A stretch of DNA of 63,022 nucleotides, filler included, from Octopus bimaculoides (GCF_001194135.2; 7 parts of 5 records of this genome joined end to end with filler, not necessarily neighbours in it); one strand, 5' to 3'. Counted from the whole stretch's first letter, positions 1 to 13,052 are shown. Program-made: numbers and translations. Notes: generated by a model from the sequence alone, not told the origin.

Positions 1-32
<32 letters not shown>

Positions 33-316
33 CACACACATATATGTATGCATGTGCGTGCGTTTGTGTCAGTGTGTGTGTGTGTGTGTGTGCGTGTATT
101 TATGTATGTATATACACAGGACTGGCCAAAAGTCACCCGACAGTAAATCAAAATTCCATAAACACTTAATAGATTTTATTTATTCATTTCGAAATATGAT
201 ATCGCTCAAGAAGGACTTCAGTTTGGACAATTTTCATGAAGTTTCATATTTTTTTAATACTTTTATTGACCAACCCCGTATACATACATAGATACATACA
301 TACATACATACATACA

Positions 317-350
<34 letters not shown>

Positions 351-2456
351 CATATATACATATATACATATATATATATATATATNNNNNNNNNNNNNNN
401 NNNNNNNNNNNNNNNNNNNNNNNNNNNNNNNNNNNNNNNNNNNNNNNNNNNNNNNNNNNNNNNNNNNNNNNNNNNNNNNNNNNNNNNNNNNNNNNNNNNN
501 NNNNNNNNNNNNNNNNNNNNNNNNNNNNNNNNNNNNNNNNNNNNNNNNNNNNNNNNNNNNNNNNNNNNNNNNNNNNNNNNNNNNNNNNNNNNNNNNNNNN
601 NNNNNNNNNNNNNNNNNNNNNNNNNNNNNNNNNNNNNNNNNNNNNNNNNNNNNNNNNNNNNNNNNNNNNNNNNNNNNNNNNNNNNNNNNNNNNNNNNNNN
701 NNNNNNNNNNNNNNNNNNNNNNNNNNNNNNNNNNNNNNNNNNNNNNNNNNNNNNNNNNNNNNNNNNNNNNNNNNNNNNNNNNNNNNNNNNNNNNNNNNNN
801 NNNNNNNNNNNNNNNNNNNNNNNNNNNNNNNNNNNNNNNNNNNNNNNNNNNNNNNNNNNNNNNNNNNNNNNNNNNNNNNNNNNNNNNNNNNNNNNNNNNN
901 NNNNNNNNNNNNNNNNNNNNNNNNNNNNNNNNNNNNNNNNNNNNNNNNNNNNNNNNNNNNNNNNNNNNNNNNNNNNNNNNNNNNNNNNNNNNNNNNNNNN
1001 NNNNNNNNNNNNNNNNNNNNNNNNNNNNNNNNNNNNNNNNNNNNNNNNNNNNNNNNNNNNNNNNNNNNNNNNNNNNNNNNNNNNNNNNNNNNNNNNNNNN
1101 NNNNNNNNNNNNNNNNNNNNNNNNNNNNNNNNNNNNNNNNNNNNNNNNNNNNNNNNNNNNNNNNNNNNNNNNNNNNNNNNNNNNNNNNNNNNNNNNNNNN
1201 NNNNNNNNNNNNNNNNNNNNNNNNNNNNNNNNNNNNNNNNNNNNNNNNNNNNNNNNNNNNNNNNNNNNNNNNNNNNNNNNNNNNNNNNNNNNNNNNNNNN
1301 NNNNNNNNNNNNNNNNNGCGTGTGTGTGTGTTTGTGTGCGTGTGTGCATGGTGGGGGGCAAAACATGCGCGTGTATGTTTGTATATATGTGTGTTTTGTG
1401 TATGTAATAGTTATAATCTACAGATATGGAAAAGTTTATTTTTCTTTCTTGCATATTATTTGAGTTTTCCCAATGTAATATTTACCACTTCACAACAAAA
1501 TATTCTCTGAGGATCGTGGGACATATCGGAATATATAATTTATAGCATTGTTGTCTTACCATAAATATTTACTATTTACTAAAAGTTTTGTCTACGAAAC
1601 TTTTTATGTACTATAGTAATACATCAGGCGGATGCCAGCGAATCTTTTAGTCACTTTTTTCGTATATTTTAGACGACATTTCTCATCCGAGCATATGGAT
1701 GGTCATGAGTAGGCGTCACTGTAACGGCCTAATAAGGCTGAAATGCACTTGTTGCTTTCACTGGGTGCTGCTGGGATGCATTTCCGTCTGTCTCTGATAT
1801 CTATAGTGTTTTTAACACAAACTCTATAAGAGATGTTATCTCAGGATAAATATCGCAGTAACTGACCTATCGACAGTGTATGTACATTAAGTATGATACA
1901 TAGATGGCTATTCATTTTATGTATGGGATATCTTTCTACTATAGGCACAAAAACCTGACATGCTAGTCAGTTACATCGAACTCAGCACAACTCCGAGAAG
2001 AGGAACGGCAAAGTCGGCCTCTGCGTCATTTGAACTCACAACGTAAAACCGGAAGAAATGTTGCTACACATTTTTCTTGACGTATTAACGCTTCTGCCTA
2101 CTAGATACCTTTGCACATGAGAGAATATTAATTTCACTTATAAACATAAAATATACCTAGCAAATAGATATCACATACATAGTAATTCAACCTACAAGAT
2201 ACATTAAGGAAATCATCCTCATAAATCCTATTCTACAGCTTTATAAAAGAACAACACACTGGAAAATTTTGCAGTTGTACTTATTTGGTAAAATAAGTTG
2301 ATCTGAAATGGTGTGTAGAAACTGAATCTTTTGTATTGTAGAAAAGCCATTATAGCCATTGAGAACATAACAAATGTTTTATAATCGCCTTTTGCTTTTT
2401 CGTTGAAATTACAAAAGTTTTGTCTCACTTCTGTAACCTTTCCAATGACTCAGTTT

Positions 2457-3227
2457 AGGTCTTTGTGGTTTTTGTCACTGTTTACAATTATCTTTAAAAA
2501 GATATTTTTAATGTATAGGCGCAGGAGTGGCTGTGTGGCAAGTAGCTTGCTAACTAAGCACATGGTTCGTTGCCTCTTCCATCATCAGGGTGTCGGGCAT
2601 CGGCATATCAAGACATTAAACTAGCTACAGTAAATAAACCAACAGGAGTTGCTAGAAATAACAGTCAAAACATTAAAATATACACGAGCAAAGTTAACAT
2701 TAAAACATTCGTGAGCAAATTAAATGTTTAAAAGCTATGAACAAACCAACAGAAGTTGCTAGAAATAACAGTCAAAACATTGTTTAAAACAGACATTTAT
2801 TAGCTTAAAATATTCAAGAACGAAAGTTTGCAATACACTCTAAGATTTTATAAAATAAATCATTGTTCTCATGCCTCCTTCTCCACATAAATTCACAAAG
2901 ATAAGAGTCAACCATTGAACGGTGTGTCTCAAACCGACATTTGTTTCCTACGCTCCTTGTCCGCATGCGCAGCATCTTTGGTTACTATGGAAACAGAGTG
3001 TAAAATACTCGATTTTGGCTACAATGGAAACAGATATGTAAAATACTCGCTTCTGATTGGCTAAAATACTCAAATTTTGCAAATTTTAAAGGCTAAAAGC
3101 TTTAATAATAGATTTATAGGGCAAATGAATTTCATTTTCATAATTGGTATACAAGACTTAATCCATTTACTAAATTTGAAAACAATTGGAACAAAATTGT
3201 AAACAGTGACGAAAACCACAACGATCT
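2457..3227. mobile_element. Non-autonomous DNA transposon with about 33-bp TIRs, containing a SINE head fragment
   Basis: AGGTCTTTGTGGTTTTTGTCACTGTTTACAATT at left versus reverse complement of AATTGTAAACAGTGACGAAAACCACAACGATCT at right; TSD not resolved. Confidence 0.65.
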
Positions 3228-4139
3228 CTCAGTTCAACTGCATCTGTTCAAAATGTTTGCCTTTCGATTTTTTTTTTCAGACGACTCTTCGTACTGAGAG
3301 GTAGTGAATGAAGAACATATTATGTGTGCCTTACATCTTATAACTAATTCTATACACGACTCTATGAAAGTCGCTAATGGATACACTTTTAGATACCTCT
3401 GTAGGAGATTACCCACAAGAAACACCGAGCATGTTATGGGAAGAAAACACAGCCACCAACGACAAACACATACCTCACACGCACCATTCATATTACATTA
3501 GTCATAAATCACTCGCATAAATGATACCACGAACTAATTAGCAATCAAAAACGAATCTCATATGACAGGAACTGACAAACTGAAAAACCTAATGACAGAG
3601 CTTTCAAGACTAATGAGATCTGCATTTCAAATATGTCAACCTCAAGAACGGTGAAAGCACATTCGCTATTTTTCGTCTTCTGATGATGCACAAAAGGATG
3701 ATACACAAAAGTTTGGAGGAGTCAAAGGAAAGGTTTGGATATTTTTTTTGTTAAAGGACGCAAGCTGAATAGGCCCACTACCCTATTTTATGGATATATG
3801 ACACCCTTTATTTTGAAAAACCAATACCAAAAATCACCCGGGGCCCCAGTGCAACGTTTTAATATTTGTAGATGCGTGGTGACTTTTAGAAATACTCTCT
3901 GAGAAATTTATATCAATAGCAAAGTCATAAATTAACCCTCGTCCCGCCAAAATTTTAGTCCTGGTGCTAATACAAGAAACAAGAGGAAAATCATAGAAAA
4001 AAAACGAATTGATGCATCTTATCCGTCATTTGTATGTTGTAATAGTTTGACAGATGCACCTGTCAAACTAAATGTGACACCATACTACAAATCACTTTCA
4101 TATATTAACTTCGAAATGAAAAACACAGTACCAAGGTAC

Positions 4140-4990
4140 CATAGCATAAGGTACCAAGAAATATGTTTAAACTTCTCTAAAAATTGCTCGGAAGGCAGGT
4201 GAAAGACGCAGTGAACATCGGAACAACTTTACTGAAAAGAAACTTGCATCTATCTTTTGGAAAAGAAATGACTCAAGTAATTTTGACACCGACTGGTGGT
4301 TTGATATGGAGCTATGGCGATTGAATATCATGTACTTGACGAAGAAAAATGATTGTACTTTCTCTTTTTTCTGGATTTTTCTCTTTCTCATCAGTTGATG
4401 TGAGATTAAAACAAAATGGCCTAACATTATTGCTGAATATTCTCTTGAGAATATTTACAATTCAGATGAAACGATTTTTTTATTTTTTCGTGCAATACCC
4501 AAGATAACTTATTTGCTTAAAAACAAAAATATCGCAGGAATTAAATCTTCAAAGCAGCAAGTGACAGTTGGGTTTTGCGCTATGAACAAGCAGGAATGAG
4601 AGTTTGGAGTGATCAGAAAAAAATAAAAAACATCGTTGTTTCGAATGTCAAAAGTTTACTGTACGTTATTGGTTTAATGAAACTGTGTGGAAGACTCCAG
4701 TGATATTTAACAACTGGTTAGTTCTGTGAGATTTGGAATTAAAGAGAAAAATTGTCTTCACGGTTGACAGTTGCACAACACACAGAAATAATTTGTCACT
4801 AAAGAACATCAAAGTAATTTTCTTGCCTTCAAACACTGCAACGTTAATTCAACTGACTTGAGTGTCATTTCGGTTTTAAAGGTTTATTACCAAAGAGAAA
4901 TTAATACAAGTATTTTAACATGATATTCGCAGCCAACCTGATACAAATGCAGTTGCAGCATTGAAATGTCAGAGGATTAATCCTCAAAGA
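4140..4990 (+). mobile_element. Decayed Tigger/pogo (CENP-B-like DDE) transposase
   Basis: Broken frames give IIAEYSLENIYNSDET, SSKQQVTVGFCA, KRKIVFTVDSCTTH and NIKVIFLPSNTATLIQ, matching DDE_1 motifs; stops and frameshifts present. Confidence 0.8.
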
Positions 4991-5015
4991 AGAACCACTT
5001 AAAATCATTACATAT

Positions 5016-5184
5016 AGGCGCAGGCGTGGATGTGTGGTAAAAAGCTTCCTTCCCAACCACATAGTTCCGGGTTCAGTTCCACTTCGTGGCACCTTCGACA
5101 AGTGTCTTCTGTTAAAGCCTTGGGCCGACCAAAGCCTCGTGAGTGGATTTCAGAGACGGAAATCGAAAATTAACCTGCTATACA

Positions 5185-5216
<32 letters not shown>

Positions 5217-5520
5217 CAGATATATATATATATATNNNNNNNNNNNNNNNNNNNNNNNNNNNNNNNNNNNNNNNNNNNNNNNNNNNNNNNNNNNNNNNNN
5301 NNNNNNNNNNNNNNNNNNNNNNNNNNNNNNNNNNNNNNNNNNNNNNNNNNNNNNNNNNNNNNNNNNNNNNNNNNNNNNNNNNNNNNNNNNNNNNNNNNNN
5401 NNNNNNNNNNNNNNNNNNNNNNNNNNNNNNNNNNNNNNNNNNNNNNNNNNNNNNNNNNNNNNNNNNNNNNNNNNNNNNNNNNNNNNNNNNNNNNNNNNNN
5501 NNNNNNNNNNNNNNNNNNNN

Positions 5521-5566
<46 letters not shown>

Positions 5567-5806
5567 GGGAGATTTTGTGCTCTGTGTTTGTCCCCCACCA
5601 CCCCTTCACAACCGGCGTTAGTGTGTTTAGGTACCCGTGTCCCCGTAACTTTGCGGTTCAGCAAAAGATACCGATAGAAAAAGGAACAGACTTTGAAAAG
5701 AAATAAGTACTGGAGTCGATTCATTCGGCAAAAAAGTTTTTCAAGGCAGTGCCCCAGCATGGCCGCAGTCTAATGACCGAAACACGTAAAAGATCAAAGA
5801 TAAAAG
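5016..5806 (+). mobile_element. SINE family A (tRNA-like head GGCGCAGGAGTGGCTGTGTGG, internal (TA/TG)n, tail ..GACTGAAACAAGTAAAAGA)
   Basis: Matches many copies in the window; the internal microsatellite contains a gap. Confidence 0.85.
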
Positions 5807-5899
5807 ACGAATCTTCTAAAACAAGGATAAGAACCAGTGTTAAGAAGGAAGCAGAGCTTAAGTAAAGGAAATTCGTTGTAGAACACCAGACGATACACA

Positions 5900-6229
5900 A
5901 GAAAATAGTTTGAGGATGAATTGACTGCTCGTTCTTCAAAGCGGTTCTGACCCTAAATACAAGTTCTGTGATACATTTGACGAAACAATAAACCATCACA
6001 TCTCGGGATGTCCTTTGCTGACACCAAACGAATGCAAACATCGTCACAATAGGACAGTATTTACATTGGAAAGTATGTAAACACTACACGATCAACACTC
6101 CTGCGTACTTGTATGACCATCATCCTCAGCCAGTAGTTGAAGGTAAAAATTATACTATCCTCTGGGATTTTCCACTCAACACCCACAGAATGATTCAGGC
6201 TAATCGACCAGACATAGTCATTAAAGACC
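5900..6229 (+). mobile_element. R4/Dong-like (RLE) non-LTR retrotransposon fragment: CCHC region and start of endonuclease
   Basis: DPKYKFCDTFDETINHHISGCPLL..HRHN, frameshift, then QYLHWKVCKHY..ILWDFPLNTHRMIQANRPDIVIKD. Confidence 0.8.
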
Positions 6230-6900
6230 AAGCTTTGTCATACTGTAACGCCTCTTATCTTTCACTCGGCCAAGGACGCAGGGTGTGTCTCGGTAAATGT
6301 TTTTAGCAAACATACAGATGCCCTGATGTACCAAGTACTAAACAGTGGATCTCATAGTTTTTGACCTTAACTGATTGGAAGTGTTGTCATGTACGTTGTT
6401 TTATCTTGGCACAAAAAATGGGCGACAGCAAATATTCTGTTCAATACCACAGATTTGCTTGTCAGTTGTTTGACTTTAGCCAGTTGAGCATGTCCCTTGG
6501 GTCTGATGAAATGCGCAATTCTAATCACGAGCAAAAGTAGTGGGGGGGAGGGCATCATGACCATATTTTGAGAGGAATTCTTTGGAGTTTGAATAATTCA
6601 CCTCTGGAAACATGGATGTTTCATTCAACATCTTTAAACAACCTTTATTCAAGGACCATTTGAGTGGGATGGAACACTCGACCTGAAGAAAATTCTAACT
6701 GGGCTCCACCTGCGAGGTCATGCGTTGTTTGCCTTGATATGAGATCACCATGTCTCGCACATATGGTTGTGATGCATGTGCCTGGCGTACCCTTATCAGA
6801 CAGGTAGTCATGATGGGTATACTGGGCTTCGTGTATTTTGCCTCAATGTCACTTTGATGGCATGCTCTGCTCTCTCACTCAGTATTAATAATAATAATAA
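6230..6900 (+). mobile_element. Probable 3' end of another non-LTR repeat ending in a (TAA)n tail
   Basis: Complex sequence that abruptly truncates the RLE fragment and ends ...ctctctcactcagtattaataataataat; family recalled, not verified. Confidence 0.35.
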
Positions 6901-8015
6901 CTGTTTCAAATTTTGGCACAAGCCAACAAGTTTCAGGGAAGTGAGTTAGTCGGTACATCGAATCTAATACTTGACTATTACTTATCTTATCGACTCCATT
7001 TTTTAACACAGAACGCAAAGAGCTCAAAGAAACACCGCAGAGATTTTTTGCAAACCAATAGCAATTCTAAACTATTAAAAAATAGAAAAATTAGAAGAGA
7101 ATGCACCAAATCCAAAAGAAATTTCAGGAGCTTCCCAACCAATGTTTAAATACAAGAAGCTCTAAAAATACTTTGAAACGGTGTACAATATCAATGAACA
7201 GAATTTCAAAATCAATAGAATTATGAACAATTTATATTATATGCAAAGCAAAAAGTTCTGTTATTGTTGCCATCTCTGCTTACTATGCTACTTGGATTTT
7301 AGGGTATCCTGGTTAGTGGGTGACCCCTTGACCCTGTATAAATTTCTGTTGCATAATATAATTTGTATCTACTCACAGATACACAGATAAAGTGTTGGAG
7401 CAGCTGCTGTCTATTGGACTAAATATAGTAAATACTTCTTAAATACTTGTAGGGACACCGTATTGCGTTTTGCAACCATAGCATATTACAAAGTATATGA
7501 AACGCTGTATAAGTCAATAGTGTTGACTTTTAAAGTGTTTAATATACTTTGTAGTATATTATGGTTGCACAGCAAAATTATAGTGTCCCTACAAGTTATT
7601 GATATGTACTTCGTACCAGCTACCGAGGGTGTGGTTAATATGTAAAATTGGTTACGCTCTGAGTTCAAAGTCCGCCAAGATAGACTTTGCCTTTCATCCT
7701 TTCAGAGTCGATAAATAAACTACTATTTGTATACAGGAGTCAATCTAATCGACTGGCCCCCTCCCAAAAACTTTCGGGGTCTTATGACTAGAGTAGAAAA
7801 GAATATGTAAAATTGGTATATTCAATAGTAATATAGCTATATTTAGCGGTTATTGAAGCAATGTATTCGCCGATGTTTAATGAATTGGATGTGGTGCTTA
7901 AGAAGGAGTAAGAACTGCTGAAATATGCATATGCATCCATTATCTATTTTTTCCATCTTTGATCACATCGTTATTTGCATTGGAAGTCTTCGGATACGAA
8001 ACGTCATAACAAATC

Positions 8016-8270
8016 AGTGCTGTGAAGTAAAAATTGTTTGCCAACATAATATGGCAGTCCTGGTTTAGGACGAATGCTGCTGTAATTTAGCCCCAGGATA
8101 CATCGTCGCCAGCTGGCTATACGAGACGATCTGTGTCCTTAGATTTTCGAACACAGATCGTATCGTACAGCCAGCTGGAGACGATGTCTCCTGGGGCTAA
8201 AAATAGCAACATTCGTCCTAATCCAGGACTGCTATGTTAAATTGGCAAACAATCTTTACTCCAAAGTACT
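8016..8270. repeat. Fold-back inverted repeat (MITE-like), arms about 120 bp, short loop
   Basis: Arms are reverse complements, e.g. ggcagtcctggtttaggacgaatg / cattcgtcctaatccaggactgct and gatctgtgt / acacagatc. Confidence 0.9.
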
Positions 8271-8600
8271 GTTGCTGAATATCTCTCGTTGTGGAATTTA
8301 AAAATACTAATTTTCTAAATCAGTGCTGGTTATAATTTCTATAGAAAATCTATAGAAAAACAAGCAAATATTTCCTGCAAGCCAACCCTGTGAGAAAATG
8401 CAGTGCCAAAACAAACAGTCAGGATTTGAATTCGATCGTTAATCAACGAAATAAATTTCGGCTCAGTGTGTTACCACTTGTGACACCCTCGCAGATCTTA
8501 CAGTATCACAATAAATTGTATTAAGATAATGGTTGCGAATTTTGGCACGAGGCCAGTAATTTTAGAGAGTGTAGTTTGTTACTTGATTACATATTTTATG

Positions 8601-8985
8601 GTGGAGGCGCAATGGCCCAGTGGTTAGGGCAGCGGACTCGCGGTCATAGGATCGCGGTTTCGATTCCCAGAACGGGTGTTGTGAGTGTTTATTGAGCGAA
8701 AGCACCTACAGCTCCACGAGGTTCCGGCAGGGGATGGTGGCGAACCCTGCTGTACTCTTTCACCACGACTTTCTCTCACTTACTTCCTGTTTCTGCTGTG
8801 CCTGTAATTCAAAGGGTCAGCCTTGTTACACTGCGTCACGATGAATATCCCCGAGAACTACGTTAAGGGTACACGTGTCTGTGGAGTGCTCAGCCACTTG
8901 CACGTTAATTTCACGAGCAGGCTGTTCTGTTGATCGGATCAACTGGAACCCTCGACGTTGTAAGCGACGGAGTGCCAACAACAAC
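8601..8985 (+). mobile_element. SINE family B (tRNA-derived head GTGGAGGCGCAATGGCCCAGTGG, (CAA)n tail)
   Basis: A/B boxes; near-identical to copies at 13600 and 35108. Confidence 0.9.
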
Positions 8986-9015
8986 ATATTTTATGATTTA
9001 ATTTTGCATACATTA

Positions 9016-9149
9016 TTTACATTTGACGGATATTTGTCCTCATCTTGTTTGTTGTTAACACAACGTTTCGGTTGATGTTCCCTCCAGCCTTCATCAGGTG
9101 TCTTGGGGAAATTTCGAACCTGGGTTCTCATTCCTGAGGTATTTTTTGA

Positions 9150-9187
<38 letters not shown>

Positions 9188-9318
9188 TCACTGCCTTGAA
9201 TCGAACTCGGAATCTTGGTCTTAGTAGCCCGTGCTCTTAACTACTACGCCATATGTCCGTAAAATATCCGTCAAATGTAAATAATGTACATAATTCCTCA
9301 TCTCTTAAATATAGAACT
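9016..9318 (-). mobile_element. tRNA-headed SINE with Penelope-like tail, hammerhead motif and inverted terminal copy
   Basis: A/B boxes TGGCGTAGTAGTT and GAGTTCGATTC (about 9185-9255), (TAA)n, CTGATGA..GAAAC motif; tail repeated in inverted form at 9262-9318. Confidence 0.7.
9057..9103 (-). ncRNA. Minimal type I hammerhead ribozyme-like motif
   Basis: AGACAC-CTGATGA-A-GGCTG(loop)CAACC-GAAAC-GT-T-GTGTT: core, helix II with one mismatch, loopless palindromic helix III (ACGT), helix I GACAC/GTGTT. Confidence 0.55.
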
Positions 9319-10803
9319 ATTAATTTTGCATATTTTCCAAATAACTAAGAATTGAAGTTGAACTAAGTTTTCTATTATATTTTCTTTGATTGGTTATCAT
9401 ACAACCTGTTGCATGAAGCAAATCAATTCTATAAATTCTTCCCCACCTCACTGTAATAACCGAGTTTGCTTATTAATGAATTATAATTAACATTGGATAC
9501 GTTTTTTTACAAAAAAACATAAATTCTAAGAAGTGAAATTGATAATAATTTCAAGCCAATAGTTTCCACATCAATTTTAAAGTTATTTTTTAATATANNN
9601 NNNNNNNNNNNNNNNNNNNNNNNNNNNNNNNNNNNNNNNNNNNNNNNNNNNNNNNNNNNNNNNNNNNNNNNNNNNNNNNNNNNNNNNNNNNNNNNNNNNN
9701 NNNNNNNNNNNNNNNNNNNNNNNNNNNNNNNNNNNNNNNNNNNNNNNNNNNNNNNNNNNNNNNNNNNNNNNNNNNNNNNNNNNNNNNNNNNNNNNNNNNN
9801 NNNNNNNNNNNNNNNNNNNNNNNNNNNNNNNNNNNNNNNNNNNNNNNNNNNNNNNNNNNNNNNNNNNNNNNNNNNNNNNNNNNNNNNNNNNNNNNNNNNN
9901 NNNNNNNNNNNNNNNNNNNNNNNNNNNNNNNNNNNNNNNNNNNNNNNNNNNNNNNNNNNNNNNNNNNNNNNNNNNNNNNNNNNNNNNNNNNNNNNNNGTG
10001 TGTGTGTGTGTGTGTGTGTGCGTATGTGTGTGTTTGTAGGGGTTGAGAAACTCGCTTTGCAGCCATGCAGTTTTTGTCTACCTAATTTCATTCATAATTC
10101 ATGCAATTATCTGAGACTCTGGCCTGCACTGTGATCGATCCAGGAACCACATGCATGCGAAGCAAACGTCTTAATAACATGCCCATACGTCCAATACTTA
10201 CATGCTTCTATCGTTTTTTTTCTAGTACCCAAATTTCCTTTGGGGTAGGGTGCTTGATGTGTATGCATCTATGCTTTCATTTGTACATGTGTGTGTGCTT
10301 GTATGTGCACGTTCTTGTATGTACGTGAGTCTGCTTCTGTGTGTCTGAATGCGAATGTCCGTCTCTGGGCTGTGTGCTGTATGCCTGACTGCATATGTAC
10401 CTACGCTAATATATATGTCTACCTTTATATATGTTTTGCTTCTCTGTGTATTTAAAATAATGTTTATCTAAATATACCTATAACTGTTTCTCTGTATGAC
10501 TATCAGTGCTAGTATACGTATGTATGTACATCTTTGTATTGAATTCTGTGTCATGATAATTGTCTCAAATGTATGTACGTGTATGCTTCACTGTATATTT
10601 TCCTTTCTATTTTTATCGTTGGCGCCATTATATTTTTACAAATGCTCTACTGACGCGTGATTACCATTTTTTAAACTTAATTTGGAACCTCGTTTTGATT
10701 AAACGTAACCGTTTTCATGAATCTCTATCAGTTTCTTGATTAGTGGAAACACAATATTGAGCAGCAGTAGTGAATTCTCAGATTTTAATAATATATATAT
10801 CGA

Positions 10804-10855
<52 letters not shown>

Positions 10856-10856
10856 T

Positions 10857-10889
<33 letters not shown>

Positions 10890-10890
10890 C

Positions 10891-10924
<34 letters not shown>

Positions 10925-11624
10925 CGTGTGTCTGTGTCCGAGACAAAAGAGCTCAGTAAAAGGGACAGAAGAATGTAAATTATTTCCCAACTTTATAATC
11001 TCGAATTTTCTATTACTTGATATTCGGTATTTTTTATATAAGGTAAATTTTGGCATTAAGTCATAACGTATTTCTAAATTTCTGAACGTTGGATTTCATT
11101 TCTTCTCCATTAAACTTATCATTATGACGTAGATTGTCAAGTCTGATTAGCGTTTTAGCATTTTCAAATATTTCGACTTTTATGTACAAAAGTCACGTTG
11201 TTACGACATCTTCTGATTGATGGATCGAATTGCATTTTCACATCTTTTAACTTTTTAACTTCTACTGAAAAACACGAAATTTTGTTTTATTCAAGAACAG
11301 ATCCGTCAAAAATGACAGGACAGCAGGATATATTTGGGTCCGTTTCAGTTATTTTTAATGTTTTCCTTTTAAGTATGTGTTCATTTATTTTCTTTACCTT
11401 CACTTCAGGATTTTTTATCTTCTCATTTTTTTTAACCTCGAGCCTTGATTCTGTTCTTCCATTTGTGTTCTTTTGTGTTGCTTCACTTTTTATTGTCGTT
11501 TTGCCATAATTCCTACTTCCAGTTCACATTCAGTATTTACTTCTTCGTGTCGTAATCATCGCCTCTTTCCAGCAGCTCGAAGTCGATCAACTTTTCTACA
11601 AACATTTGGTTTCCAGTTACATTT

Positions 11625-11802
11625 TCCGAGGGTTTCATGGAAAGTTCCGAGGATTTCCTGGAAAGTTCCGATTGTTTAAGATCGACTTCGTGGAAAGTTC
11701 CGATGATTTCATGGAAAATTCCGATGGTTTAAGATCGACTTCCTGGGAAATTCCGTGCGTTTCATGGAAAGTTCCAATGTTTTCATGGAAAGTTCCGAGG
11801 AT
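11625..11802 (+). repeat. Minisatellite of about 21/32-bp units with GGAAAGTTCC core
   Basis: Seven cores starting at about 11639, 11660, 11692, 11713, 11745, 11766 and 11787. Confidence 0.9.
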
Positions 11803-12149
11803 NNNNNNNNNNTCAGAAGGAAAAACGAGAATCGTTGCCTACAAAGAAGCGCTCCACTGAAAAGACGGCATTTCTTCATATCCAAATCACCCCAGTCATC
11901 TGCCGCCTCAAAAGTTTCATATCTCCGTGCCAGCCAACGTAAGTCAATGCCACACAACTTCACTCATTCACTTTATCTCTCTTTCTCACCCTCTTTCTCT
12001 CTCACATACACACACACACGAACGTCCATTTCATATATCTTTCAATTTCTGCTCTCTGCAAATAACATTTTTACGGATATAACTGCTTATAAAAATTGGG
12101 ATTAATGTATAATTTCTTTCTATGTTCGTAATTAAATAAATGTTTTAAT

Positions 12150-12392
12150 GATTATACGGACGTCCAATAGAATAGCTCTCAGAAACAGACTACGTACAAA
12201 TTCTTACTTCACAAATCCTGAAGCCATTTTCTGACAGTGGGTGATGAATTCTTCATACAGCCAGAGGCTCCAATCGAAGCAGGGGACCCGAATTGATAAG
12301 GCTGAGAAACGCTGTTATAGATTATGCCTAACCAAAAACGATCACAGCCACATCGTCCAAACAGGCCGGGTGAAATCGGGTTTAGCTGCTAG
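12150..12392 (+). mobile_element. Probable Helitron 3' end
   Basis: Small hairpin GCCGGGTGAAATCGGG followed after a short spacer by CTAG|T at 12389-12393; the 5' boundary is arbitrary. Confidence 0.45.
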
Positions 12393-12516
12393 TATATATA
12401 TAAAATAAGAATAAAAGTGATGAAACAGCAGATAACAGCTAGACTATAGTAATTTTACAGGATAATAAATGCCAAGAATGAAGAGAAGTAAAATGTTTGG
12501 TAGGCTGTAAGGATAA

Positions 12517-12596
<80 letters not shown>

Positions 12597-13020
12597 GGCA
12601 AATAGACCAGATATAGTTGTCAAAGATTATGAAGAAAGAAAATGCTTTCTAATTGATGTATCAATACCAGCAGATGACAACGTTTCTCTAAAAGAAATGG
12701 AAAAACTTTCAAAATACAAAGACCTGGAAATAGAGATAACTCGAATGTGGAATCTAAAAACAGAAACAATTCCTATCATAGTAGGTGCCTTAGGTATAAT
12801 AAAAAAATATTCAAACAAATACATAACAAAAGCACTAGGACTTACATATATGTATAACATACAGGAAATTGCACTACTGGGCACTGCACACATCCTACGC
12901 AAAACACTTTCAATACAGTAACCATAAGAGCATCACAGCAAACCACAGCACATACCCAAGGCGCACAGAGCTGCGCTCGGTAGTGAAGTGAAAGCACGTT
13001 ATAAAAATAAAACTAGTGAA
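12597..13020 (+). mobile_element. 5'-truncated R4/Dong-type LINE: restriction-like endonuclease C-terminus plus 3' UTR, within (TAA)n
   Basis: ANRPDIVVKDYEERKCFLIDVSIPADDNVSLKEMEKLSKYKDL..LLGTAHILRKTL (PD..D..K motif); (TAA)n on both sides. Confidence 0.9.
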
Positions 13021-13021
13021 C

Positions 13022-13052
<31 letters not shown>

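Noticed and set aside
1-1510. Long ORFs in the track here and across other gaps (about 14.6-17.8, 33.4-34.4 and 55 kb)
   Set aside because: They are translations of N runs and (TA)n, (CA)n or (TACA)n microsatellites.
9185-9255. Functional tRNA genes (here, at about 21290-21360, and in SINE heads)
   Set aside because: Only A/B boxes are kept; no complete cloverleaf, and they are embedded in repeats.
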